Below are positions 52,339 through 60,742 of a stretch of DNA of 64,000 nt, piece after piece. The DNA comes from an uncultured Pseudomonadota bacterium (GTDB lineage: Bacteria; Oederibacteriota; Muellerivitia; Muellerivitales; Muellerivitaceae): positions 224,001 through 288,000 of the forward strand of contig CAWIIP010000002.1 in NCBI GenBank assembly GCA_963836235.1, read 5' to 3'. The notes below the pieces were generated by a model. That model did no database searches. It saw nothing but the letters and a program-made list of their open reading frames with translations, and was not told the DNA's origin. The position numbers and the translations under genes are program-made. Position 1 is the first letter of the stretch; each line of letters begins with the position of its first letter.

Positions 52339-52576
52339 GAACTAAATTCGGCAATTTCAAGCGCTTACCCTGGATCACGGGAAGTTTATCACCCTGCCGA
52401 ACTTTTAATAAAACCCACTCTTCCAAGACTTCCTGGAGAACCTTCCGGCAATCCTCCAGCCCTTTTTCATTCGACCAAACACCCTTAAAACCAGGTACTT
52501 CACCGTAATAGGTTTTGTCCTCAAGAATTTTATATTTCGCTTGCCCCATCGCAGTCTGAATATATTCCATAAACAT
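52331..52576 (-). CDS. hicB: HicB-family antitoxin (short)
   Basis: YYGEVPGFKGVWSN...LEDCRKVLQEVLEEW. AAGGAG SD and an extended -10 TGATATAAT upstream. Confidence 0.85.
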   Translation of the reverse strand: MFMEYIQTAMGQAKYKILEDKTYYGEVPGFKGVWSNEKGLEDCRKVLQEVLEEWVLLKVRQGDKLPVIQGKRLKLPNLVHA

Positions 52577-52641
52577 GTTGGGCTCCTTTGTGAGGGCATT
52601 ATATCAAAGCTAATTAAGTTACGAACAATGTTAAAACCCGC

Positions 52642-52768
52642 TTATTTCACCCAAACCAAATCTTTCCACTCCAGCGGGTCAAGCCCCAGCATCACCAGGC
52701 ATTCCTCAAAATCCACGGGAGGAAGAACCGTATAGGTCTTCGTGATTCCCGTCTTGGGGTGTTGGAAA
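52642..52768 (-). pseudogene. Duplicated rluD 3' end, copy B
   Basis: FQHPKTGITKTYTVLPPVDFEECLVMLGLDPLEWKDLVWVK*; 6 mismatches in 127 nt versus 53529-53655. Confidence 0.95.
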
Positions 52769-52816
52769 AATAACCGCACAATCTCACCTTCCCGCCGTAA
52801 ATGACGCAACTCCGAA

Positions 52817-53230
52817 TCAATGCCTTTTTAGAAACAACAAAAATTGCCGGGGATTAACAATTCTAATTTTCCGGAAAGACTTGAGATCAAGCAGATCCTT
52901 GTCGCCTGTAACGATAAAATCGGCCTGACCGGCGACAGCGCATTCCAAAACAGGATTGTCCTTGGGGTCGCGGCTGGCGATAACTTTGATAACGGGGGAA
53001 ACCCATTCAGCATCACTTTTAAGAAGTTCAAGGGTATCCAAGATGTCATGGGGATTGACGAATGCTGAGATTTTGGGTTTCCGGCAAGCGGCATTAAACT
53101 CGGTGACGAGTTCGGGTGAGGTGATTATATCGAAAAGTCCATCCAAAAAAGCCCTGCGAACGGCGAGACAATTTCGGCTTCCAAGAAGAATGCTGATTAA
53201 TACATTGGTGTCAATGACGGCTCTTGCCAC
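52817..53230 (-). CDS. PIN-domain toxin (PIN_3 type)
   Basis: AVIDTNVLIS, RDPKDNPVLECA and IVTGDKDLL. Confidence 0.92.
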   Translation of the reverse strand: MARAVIDTNVLISILLGSRNCLAVRRAFLDGLFDIITSPELVTEFNAACRKPKISAFVNPHDILDTLELLKSDAEWVSPVIKVIASRDPKDNPVLECAVAGQADFIVTGDKDLLDLKSFRKIRIVNPRQFLLFLKRH

Positions 53231-53444
53231 GTAATTCCTTGCGGGTTTCCTTGACCAAAGCCACTATTTCCTTCTCGCTCAAGCGGTTCTTTGTAGTCCT
53301 TTTTTGGATGCGGTTCAGAAGGGGGGTCCAACGTTCTCGCCGGGTCTGCCTTTCGAGCTCGTGGGCCAGCTTGATTTTGTCTTTTACGGAAAGCTGTTGG
53401 ATGAGATTTTCAATATCCACAGGAACTTTGACGGCGAGATTCAT
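53211..53444 (-). CDS. Putative antitoxin partner of the PIN toxin
   Basis: MNLAVKV... with GGAGG SD; overlaps the PIN start. TTGGAT-N17-TACAAT promoter lies between it and the rluD stop. Confidence 0.7.
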   Translation of the reverse strand: MNLAVKVPVDIENLIQQLSVKDKIKLAHELERQTRRERWTPLLNRIQKRTTKNRLSEKEIVALVKETRKELRGKSRH

Positions 53445-53528
53445 GGATGGCTCCTCCCTTTTACCTTTGCATGTTCTGATTGTAGTCCAATTTGATCCAT
53501 TATCCAATTCACTATTAAGAAAGGGGTA

Positions 53529-54524
53529 TTACTTCACCCAAACCAAATCTTTCCACTCGGGCGGGTCAATGCCCAGCATCACCAGGCATTCCTCAAAATC
53601 CACGGGGGGAAGAACCGTATAGGTCTTCGTGATTCCCGTCTTGGGGTGTTGGAAAGAGAGCCGGAAGGCGTGAAGCATCTGGCGGGGGGCCAAATCGGAA
53701 CCGCCCCCATAAACCGCATCCCCTAAAATGGGATGGTGGATGTATTGCATATGGACGCGGATTTGGTGGGTGCGGCCCGTTTCCAGTTTTAGATGAAGCA
53801 GGCTGGCCTTTTCCGCCTTACCCAGAACCGCGAAATGAGTGACCGCGATTTTCCCGCCCTCGGGTAACACCGCCATTCTTTTGCGGGAGACGAAATGCCG
53901 GCCCAGAGGGGCGTTGACTACCCCAGGCCCTTCCACTTCCCCCTTAACAATCCCTAAATATTCCCGGCTTAGTTTGCGGTATCTCAATTGCTTTACCAGA
54001 CTTTTGTAAGCCGCGTCGGTCTTGGCCACCACGAGAAGCCCCGAAGTATCCTTATCCAGCCTGTGCACCAGCCCCGGCCTTTGAACCCCTCCGACCCCCG
54101 CGATATCCGGGCAATGGGCCATGAGGGCATTGATGAGTGTCTTATCCGGATTCCCCGCGCCGGGATGCACCACCATCCCCACCGGTTTGTTGATCACCAA
54201 AAGAGAGGCGTCCTCAAAGACGATATCCAATTTGATGTCTTGGGCTTTTATATCGGACTTTTTAGAGGGTGGAATGTTGACTTGAAAGGTTTGGCCTTCC
54301 AAAACAATCAAGGAGACTTTTAAGGCCTTCACCGGAAATTGGGGGATGACATGGCCTTCTTTGATGAGAACTTGGGCTTGGTTGCGGGAAAAGGCTTTCA
54401 ACTGGGCAGAGAGGAAAACATCCAGGCGCTTGCCCCCCTCGCCAGGTTGGACGGTAATGAGGGCGGTTTGGGCGGTGGTGGAAGAGGGTTTCATGGAAGG
54501 CATTTTACTTGGAATCGACGGCAA
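53529..54524 (-). CDS. rluD: RluA/RluD-family 23S rRNA pseudouridine synthase
   Basis: S4-like N-terminus, NKPVGMVVHP, HRLDKDTSG and TGRTHQIRVH. Follows lspA/lgt. Start may be 54503. Confidence 0.9.
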   Translation of the reverse strand: MPSIPSKMPSMKPSSTTAQTALITVQPGEGGKRLDVFLSAQLKAFSRNQAQVLIKEGHVIPQFPVKALKVSLIVLEGQTFQVNIPPSKKSDIKAQDIKLDIVFEDASLLVINKPVGMVVHPGAGNPDKTLINALMAHCPDIAGVGGVQRPGLVHRLDKDTSGLLVVAKTDAAYKSLVKQLRYRKLSREYLGIVKGEVEGPGVVNAPLGRHFVSRKRMAVLPEGGKIAVTHFAVLGKAEKASLLHLKLETGRTHQIRVHMQYIHHPILGDAVYGGGSDLAPRQMLHAFRLSFQHPKTGITKTYTVLPPVDFEECLVMLGIDPPEWKDLVWVK

Positions 54525-54547
54525 AACCCAAAAGAAAGAGGGTTTGA

Positions 54548-54648
54548 ACCACCAAGGGCACCAAGTTCACCAAGAACGACGAACATCTAAGATTTTAAAA
54601 TTCTCAAAAGTCTTTTGCTTTCTTGGTGCCCTTGGTGAACTTGGTGGT
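54548..54648. repeat. REP-like imperfect inverted repeat with (caccaagNN)x3 arms
   Basis: accaccaagggcaccaagttcaccaagaa ... ttcttggtgcccttggtgaacttggtggt. Confidence 0.8.
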
Positions 54649-54661
54649 GAAAAAGGTTTTG

Positions 54662-55465
54662 TCAGAGGTTCTTAATTTGGGGTTCTTTTGGTTTTCTTTG
54701 AATAATCCAGAGGATAACCAAAACCGACAGGAGAATAATGATTCCGCTGACAGCCTGGGAGGCTGAGTTGAAGATAATCAAATAGTGTTTGTTCCAATCC
54801 CGTCTCCAAAATTCAATGACTAGTCGAAGGGTTCCATAAGTAAGCCCATACAAAGCGATGGTCAGCCATTGGTAACGGATGGTCCAACGCCGGGTCCAAA
54901 GCAGGAGTAGAAAGAGGGCGAAGTCCCCGGCCATTTCCCATAGCTGGGTTGGAAGATGGGGGATATTGTCCCCCGCTCCCGGAAAAATCATCCCATGAAC
55001 CGGATCTTCGATTCCATAACAACAGCCATTCAAAAAGCATCCAACGCGCCCAATGGCGTGGCCCAAGAGGATATAAGGGGCCACCAAATCGAAGGTATAG
55101 CTGACTGGCCATTTCTGGGTTCGAATCCAGTAAAAAGCTACCGCCAAAGCCCCGAAAAGTCCCCCGTAAAACACCAACCCGCCTTGCCATATTTTGAAAG
55201 CATCAAGCCATTGGCCGTTCTCAAACTCGGTATAGTTTTCCAAAACGTAAAAGAGCCTCGCCCCCAAGAGGGAGCAGACAATGACATAAACCCCTAAGTC
55301 GAAGGCTTTTTGAAAGCCTTGTTCGTAGGTGATCCCCACCTTCGGGGCGACGTATTTACCCGTGTCCCTGGCGAAGAGATAAATGCTGAATCCCAGCGCC
55401 ACCGCCATGCAAAGGCCGTAGGAATAAAAATGAAGCGGGCCGATGGTCCACAAAATCGGATACAT
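54662..55465 (-). CDS. lgt: Prolipoprotein diacylglyceryl transferase
   Basis: GARLFYV, IWQGGLVFYGG, GRVGCFLNGCCYG, PTQLWE and IEFWR. Confidence 0.93.
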   Translation of the reverse strand: MYPILWTIGPLHFYSYGLCMAVALGFSIYLFARDTGKYVAPKVGITYEQGFQKAFDLGVYVIVCSLLGARLFYVLENYTEFENGQWLDAFKIWQGGLVFYGGLFGALAVAFYWIRTQKWPVSYTFDLVAPYILLGHAIGRVGCFLNGCCYGIEDPVHGMIFPGAGDNIPHLPTQLWEMAGDFALFLLLLWTRRWTIRYQWLTIALYGLTYGTLRLVIEFWRRDWNKHYLIIFNSASQAVSGIIILLSVLVILWIIQRKPKEPQIKNL

Positions 55466-55954
55466 TTAAACCCTTTCCCAAGATTGCTTTGGTTTCGCGA
55501 AAAAATAGCCCAACAATAAAAGAGTCAAGCCGACCGTGATACAGGAATCCGCCAAATTGAAAATGTAGGGAAACCATTGGTGCTGGTGGAAACGAACGTC
55601 GATAAAGTCCACGACTTTCCGGTAAAAGACCCTATCAATGAAGTTACCCATCGCCCCGCCCCAAATCAACCCCAGGGAGAGCCGTTGAAGCACTTTCTCG
55701 GAAGGAACGAACCTTTGATAGGCGTAAACAATCAAGCCCGCCCCGCAGGTGATGGCGATAAAAAAGGGAATCCGGACATAGGCGGGGGTATTGGCCATGA
55801 ACCCGAAAGCCGCGCCGGGGTTTTGGATGTAAGTCAAATAAAGATAATCCCGGATGACCATGATCGAATCCCCCATCCGGCAATAGTGCATGACAAGGAA
55901 CTTCGAGATTTGGTCGGAAAGAACCGCCAGTAATGAAACTCTTCGAATGATCAT
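55466..55954 (-). CDS. lspA: Lipoprotein signal peptidase II (copy 2)
   Basis: DQISK, NPGAAFG, GGAMGNFIDR, VVDFI and FNLAD. Confidence 0.92.
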   Translation of the reverse strand: MIIRRVSLLAVLSDQISKFLVMHYCRMGDSIMVIRDYLYLTYIQNPGAAFGFMANTPAYVRIPFFIAITCGAGLIVYAYQRFVPSEKVLQRLSLGLIWGGAMGNFIDRVFYRKVVDFIDVRFHQHQWFPYIFNLADSCITVGLTLLLLGYFFAKPKQSWERV

Positions 55955-56436
55955 GCCCGGGTCTTCTGCCGGTGACCCGCGATAAACTCAAAGAGAAGAT
56001 AGGCGAGCCCCACGGTAATGCAGGCATCCGCCACATTGAAGATATAAGGGAACCATTCGTATTCGTAATAACGCATTTCAATGAAATCGACGACTTTGCC
56101 ATATAAAAGCCGGTCCACCATGTTTCCCAAGGCGCCTCCCCATACCAAACCGAGCGCGATGCGGGTTAGAAGCCTCTCATGGGCCAAGAGCTTTTGGTAC
56201 ATATAAACGATGAAGGTGGCCGCCAGGGTGGCCGCGATAAAAAAGGGAATGCGCACAAAGGGTTCCAAATTGGACATGAAACCAAAGGCGGTTCCGGGAT
56301 TTTGGATATAGGTGAAATATACGAAATCGGGTAAGAGGGGAACGGACTCGTTCAGGGACATTCGGTTTAAAACGAGGAACTTGGTGGCCTGGTCCAAGGC
56401 CAATACCAGCATGGAGATACCCGCCAGCGGCATCAA
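55951..56436 (-). CDS. lspA: Lipoprotein signal peptidase II (copy 1)
   Basis: DQATK, NPGTAFG, GGALGNMVDR, VVDFI and FNVAD. Confidence 0.92.
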   Translation of the reverse strand: MMPLAGISMLVLALDQATKFLVLNRMSLNESVPLLPDFVYFTYIQNPGTAFGFMSNLEPFVRIPFFIAATLAATFIVYMYQKLLAHERLLTRIALGLVWGGALGNMVDRLLYGKVVDFIEMRYYEYEWFPYIFNVADACITVGLAYLLFEFIAGHRQKTRA

Positions 56437-59294
56437 GCTTGGCCGTCCCCGACCGCCTGGAATTTTTGAACGATGGGCCCGCAGCGGTGGCAGATATCGG
56501 GGTAGGTCTTATCCATTTGCTCGGGGGAATAATAGTTCCAGCAACGGGCACATTTTTGGCCACTAGTTTTTTTCGCAAAAACACCCAGAGTGGTTATTCT
56601 TTCGGATAAAAACCCATTTTCCGGTGCCATTCCTTCTTTTAGTTCAACTTTCGAAACTATGAAGTAATACCTCAAGTCATTCAAATAATTTTCAAGAATT
56701 CTCCAATATTTTTTATCAACTTTATCATTAATAAAAATCTCGACTTCTGCTTCCAAAGAACTTCCAATGGTTTTTGCTTGTCTCAAATTTTCTAAAGATT
56801 TCATCACTTCTTCTTTAACGTTGAAAAGACACTGCCATTCATCAATAAAAGGAACGCCAATAATCTTTTTTGCGTCACAAAGTTCTTCGTATTCTTTTAC
56901 ATGATTTGATAGTTTGCAGGAAAAAACGCTCTTTTCTTCTTTAAATTTCTCAGAAAGAGATTGCCAAATTTCTTCAGCCGTAAAAGAAAGAATTGGAGCA
57001 ATTGCAACCAAAGAATCTTTTAAGATTTTATAGAGTACTGTTTGGGCAGAACGTCGTTCCTTTGAATTCACCTCAAATGTGTACAATCTATCTTTCAATA
57101 TATCAAAGTACTTTGAACTTAATTCAACAGTAAAATAATGTTCGAATTGATGAAAAACTTTCGTGAATTGAAATTCACGATAATATTTATCTATCAAAAT
57201 CATATTTCCGTTAGACACCAATTTGGCATAGACATCCAAATCTAAAAGATCACCGTCTTTGACAGTGTGAATTAAAGGGTCAAAGTCCGATAGATTTCCC
57301 AATATAAATCGAAAAGTATTCCGAATTTTTCTGTACGCTTCCGACATACGTTGAAGCATTTCCTCACTAATGGCAACATCCTCGGTGTAATCCTCGGAAG
57401 AGACCCAAAGCCGCAGGATATCGGCACCGTATTTTTTCATTACTTCCAAGGGGTCAATGACGTTGCCCAGGCTCTTGTGCATCGCCTTTCCCTCGGCATC
57501 CAATACCCATCCGTGCGTTAAAACTCCGGTGAAGGGCGCGTGGCCTTTCAAGGCGACCCCGGTCCAAAGGGCGTGCTGGAACCAGCCACGGTGCTGGTCA
57601 CCGCCTTCCAGATAAAGAACGTATTTGGCATTCTGCAACTCGGGCCTTTGGTCCATCACGGCGAAGTGGGAACTTCCCGACTCAAACCAAACGTCCAAAA
57701 TGTCCTCTTCTTTGACGAACTCGGCGGAGCCACAAGCGCACTTGAACCCTTGCGGCAAGACATCCTGGGCTTGGTGATTAAACCAGCCATCGATCCCCTC
57801 TTTTTGAACCAAGGATACAATCGATTCCAAGACTTTCTTGTCCTCAACCGGCTTCCCGCAAAGTTTGCAATAAACGACCGTAATAGGAACTCCCCAGGCC
57901 CTTTGGCGGGAAATGCACCAATCCGAACGGCTTTCGACCATGTTCCGGATACGGTCCTTGCCCCAAGCCGGAATCCATTGAACTTTCTCGATCTCGGCCA
58001 GACATCGTTTGCGTAAATCCTGATAATCCAACTCGATAAACCACTGGGCGGTCGCCCGGAAAATGATGGGATTCTTCGAGCGCCAACAATGGGGGTAACT
58101 GTGCTGGATGGTTTGTACGGAAAGAAGCCGTCCCAAACCCTTCAGTTTTTCCACGATCTTGGGATTGGCTTCCCAAACCGACATTCCCTCATATTCCTTG
58201 ACCCTTGCGTCATACCGCCCCGCCTCATTAACAGGCGAATAAACGGGCAAGCCGTACTTCAGGCCGATTTCGTAGTCCTCCCGGCCATGGCCGGGGGCCG
58301 TGTGGACCAATCCGGTTCCCGTATCGGCCGTAACGTGGGTCCCCACCATGACCAGTGAGTCCTGGTCCAGGAAAGGGTGGTGTCCAATAGACCTATCCAG
58401 TTGATCTCCCTTGGCTTCATCGATGATTTTGAAGTCGTCGGATTTCCATCCACAAACGCCCGCGACCTGGGGTAAAAGGACCTTGGCTAATATGTAGTAA
58501 GCCTCTCCTACCTGTACTGTGACATATTCAAAATCCGGATGAACTGAAATGCCAAGATTGGCCGGCAAGGTCCAGGGGGTTGTGGTCCAAATCAGGAAAG
58601 AAAGGTTCTCCCGAGGCGTATTCGGAAAGACCTTGTCCGGAAGCTGCTTGACGGGAAAGGCCACCGTCACCGACAGGGATTCATGGTCCGCGTATTCCAC
58701 CTCGGCCTCGGCCAGGGCGGTTTTACAGACCGGGCACCAGTGGATGGGGCGCAAACGGCGGCTGACATAACCTTCCGAAAGCAGCTGAGTCAAGGCCTTC
58801 ACCAACGAAAGCTCGTAAGTGGGGTCCATAGTCATATAGGGATGGTTAAAATCGCCGAAAATACCCAGGCGCTTGAACTCGTCCCTTTGGCGGTTCAGGA
58901 ATTTCTCGGCGTATTTGCGGCACTCGTTGCGGATTTCGACCTTCGACATGGTTTTGGACTTGGACCCCAACTGCTCCACCACCTTATGCTCAATAGGCAT
59001 GCCGTGGCAGTCCCATCCCGGCACATAGGGGGTATCGTGGCCCCGCAAAGCCTGGTACTTCACGATGATGTCCTTCAACACCTTGTTCAGGGCATGGCCC
59101 ATATGAATATCGCCATTGGCGAAAGGAGGGCCGTCATGTAGGACGTATTTAGGTGCCTCGGGTTTTTCGAAGGTCCGGTTATAAAAACCCAATTCTTCCC
59201 AGAGTTTTAACTTCTCCGGTTCGGTCTGGGGAAGGTTGGCCTTCATGGGAAAGGTTGTCTGGGTAATGTTGAGGGTTGACTTGTAATCCGCCAT
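56433..59294 (-). CDS. ileS: Isoleucyl-tRNA synthetase (type 1)
   Basis: LHDGPPFANGDIHMGH, GWDCHG, WTTTPWT, WCISRQR, AMHKS and a C-terminal CARC...CHRC zinc finger. Confidence 0.97.
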   Translation of the reverse strand: MADYKSTLNITQTTFPMKANLPQTEPEKLKLWEELGFYNRTFEKPEAPKYVLHDGPPFANGDIHMGHALNKVLKDIIVKYQALRGHDTPYVPGWDCHGMPIEHKVVEQLGSKSKTMSKVEIRNECRKYAEKFLNRQRDEFKRLGIFGDFNHPYMTMDPTYELSLVKALTQLLSEGYVSRRLRPIHWCPVCKTALAEAEVEYADHESLSVTVAFPVKQLPDKVFPNTPRENLSFLIWTTTPWTLPANLGISVHPDFEYVTVQVGEAYYILAKVLLPQVAGVCGWKSDDFKIIDEAKGDQLDRSIGHHPFLDQDSLVMVGTHVTADTGTGLVHTAPGHGREDYEIGLKYGLPVYSPVNEAGRYDARVKEYEGMSVWEANPKIVEKLKGLGRLLSVQTIQHSYPHCWRSKNPIIFRATAQWFIELDYQDLRKRCLAEIEKVQWIPAWGKDRIRNMVESRSDWCISRQRAWGVPITVVYCKLCGKPVEDKKVLESIVSLVQKEGIDGWFNHQAQDVLPQGFKCACGSAEFVKEEDILDVWFESGSSHFAVMDQRPELQNAKYVLYLEGGDQHRGWFQHALWTGVALKGHAPFTGVLTHGWVLDAEGKAMHKSLGNVIDPLEVMKKYGADILRLWVSSEDYTEDVAISEEMLQRMSEAYRKIRNTFRFILGNLSDFDPLIHTVKDGDLLDLDVYAKLVSNGNMILIDKYYREFQFTKVFHQFEHYFTVELSSKYFDILKDRLYTFEVNSKERRSAQTVLYKILKDSLVAIAPILSFTAEEIWQSLSEKFKEEKSVFSCKLSNHVKEYEELCDAKKIIGVPFIDEWQCLFNVKEEVMKSLENLRQAKTIGSSLEAEVEIFINDKVDKKYWRILENYLNDLRYYFIVSKVELKEGMAPENGFLSERITTLGVFAKKTSGQKCARCWNYYSPEQMDKTYPDICHRCGPIVQKFQAVGDGQA

Positions 59295-59401
59295 TTTTCG
59301 TCCAATTTCAAGGGATTTAAGACCGAAAGCTTATCAAATGCTTTTAAAAATGTTTAGTCTTTTTTGGCTGGCCGGAAAGGAGAAAGGAGTTACCGATGAA
59401 T

Positions 59402-60688
59402 TTAGGTGTTCACCCGGAGAATCGAATTGTCGCCGCCCAATCCATCATGGACATGCTCGGGACTAGAAGGGTCGGGAATCCACTCCAAATCATTCAAAAC
59501 AAATTTGTAATGGTAAATCCCGGGATTCAAGGAAATGATAAAACGGAAACTGCCGTCCTCTTGCCGGGTCATGAGGTCGGCGTCCTTGTCCCAATTGTTG
59601 AAATTGCCGACCAATGAAACTTTTTGGACTTCCCTTTGAGGCCGGTAGGTGATGGTGATCTTGATGGGCGGCTCGAAAGCCATCACCCGGTTGCGGCCCT
59701 GGGATTTGGCGAGATAAAGACTGCTATCGGCCTTTTTGACCAGGTCCTCCTCGTTAGACGCGTCCACGGGAAAAGTTGCGACTCCCGCCGAGATGGTCAT
59801 CCTCCCCAAAGGCTGGGATTGCATCCGGTCGAACATGGTTTCGTTGATCCTTTGACGGATCCTTTCCGCCAATTCAGTGGCCCGTTTGCGACTGGTTTCC
59901 GGCAGGACAATCACCATTTCTTCCCCGCCGTAACGGGCGACAATATCCACTTCTCGGGCTTCCTGTTTGAGGATGGTGGCGATTTTTTTTAACACCTCGT
60001 TTCCCGCCGGATGCCCGTTGGAATCGTTGTATTTCTTGAAGTGGTCGATATCCAGAATCACCAGCGACAAAAGACGGTGGTAGCGCTCGGCCCTGAGGCG
60101 TTCTTCTTTCAGCCTTTCCAAGAAATAACCGAAGTTGTAGAGGCCTGTCAAAAGGTCTGTGATGGCCATTTGGCGGGCGCGTTCGTAAAGCAGGGCATAT
60201 TCAATCGCCAGGACATCCTGCGCGCCCCCTTCCTCCCGCAAACGCATGGCGCCCTCAAAGAAAACCAGCCCCAGCCGGTTCAAGAGCATGGAGACCTGGC
60301 TCACCGCCTGGAAATGCGCCGAAATTTCATGCTGGCCTTCGGGGCCCAAATCGACGATTTCCCGGACGGCTTCTCGCACCGTATCCCGCATTGAGAAAAG
60401 CAGGAAAACCATGTCAGTGGAAGAAAGCTGATGGTCTCCTTGCAGCGCCTTCAAATGGGAAAGGATTTGCTTGAACTCGGCGTCCACGGCCTGTTCCACG
60501 CTTCCGGACCGCTCCACCACCGCCACCAAATCCAGAAGCAACCCGCGGATCTCGTGAAAAACACCTTCGTTTCCGACCAAGCCTTCCAACCGCCCGGACA
60601 TCTGGCTTACGGAGGACTTCCACCGGTCCCGGAGTAGGTTTTCTTTTTGCTGCAGAAAGAGGGATAAGGTATTTTTTAATGTTTCCAT
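59402..60688 (-). CDS. Diguanylate cyclase: RsbRD-like N-terminus, GGDEF, C-terminal AMPK-beta/CBM48 glycogen-binding domain
   Basis: DLLTGLYN, DIDHFKKYND, REVD I-site, RYGGEEM; C-terminal VSLVGNFNNWD...LNPGIYHYKFVLN...WIPDP. Confidence 0.88.
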   Translation of the reverse strand: METLKNTLSLFLQQKENLLRDRWKSSVSQMSGRLEGLVGNEGVFHEIRGLLLDLVAVVERSGSVEQAVDAEFKQILSHLKALQGDHQLSSTDMVFLLFSMRDTVREAVREIVDLGPEGQHEISAHFQAVSQVSMLLNRLGLVFFEGAMRLREEGGAQDVLAIEYALLYERARQMAITDLLTGLYNFGYFLERLKEERLRAERYHRLLSLVILDIDHFKKYNDSNGHPAGNEVLKKIATILKQEAREVDIVARYGGEEMVIVLPETSRKRATELAERIRQRINETMFDRMQSQPLGRMTISAGVATFPVDASNEEDLVKKADSSLYLAKSQGRNRVMAFEPPIKITITYRPQREVQKVSLVGNFNNWDKDADLMTRQEDGSFRFIISLNPGIYHYKFVLNDLEWIPDPSSPEHVHDGLGGDNSILRVNT

Positions 60689-60742
60689 GAATTTGATTCC
60701 ATTATTAAAAAAGATGGGGGAGGTGTGAAAGCGCCAAAGTAA

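Noticed and set aside
51993-53655. CRISPR array or integron attC array interpretation of the repeats
   Set aside because: The repeats are ~127-nt coding tails of rluD, non-palindromic, with 520-760 nt gene-bearing spacers. No cas or intI gene and no attC RYYYAAC/GTTRRRY structure is evident.
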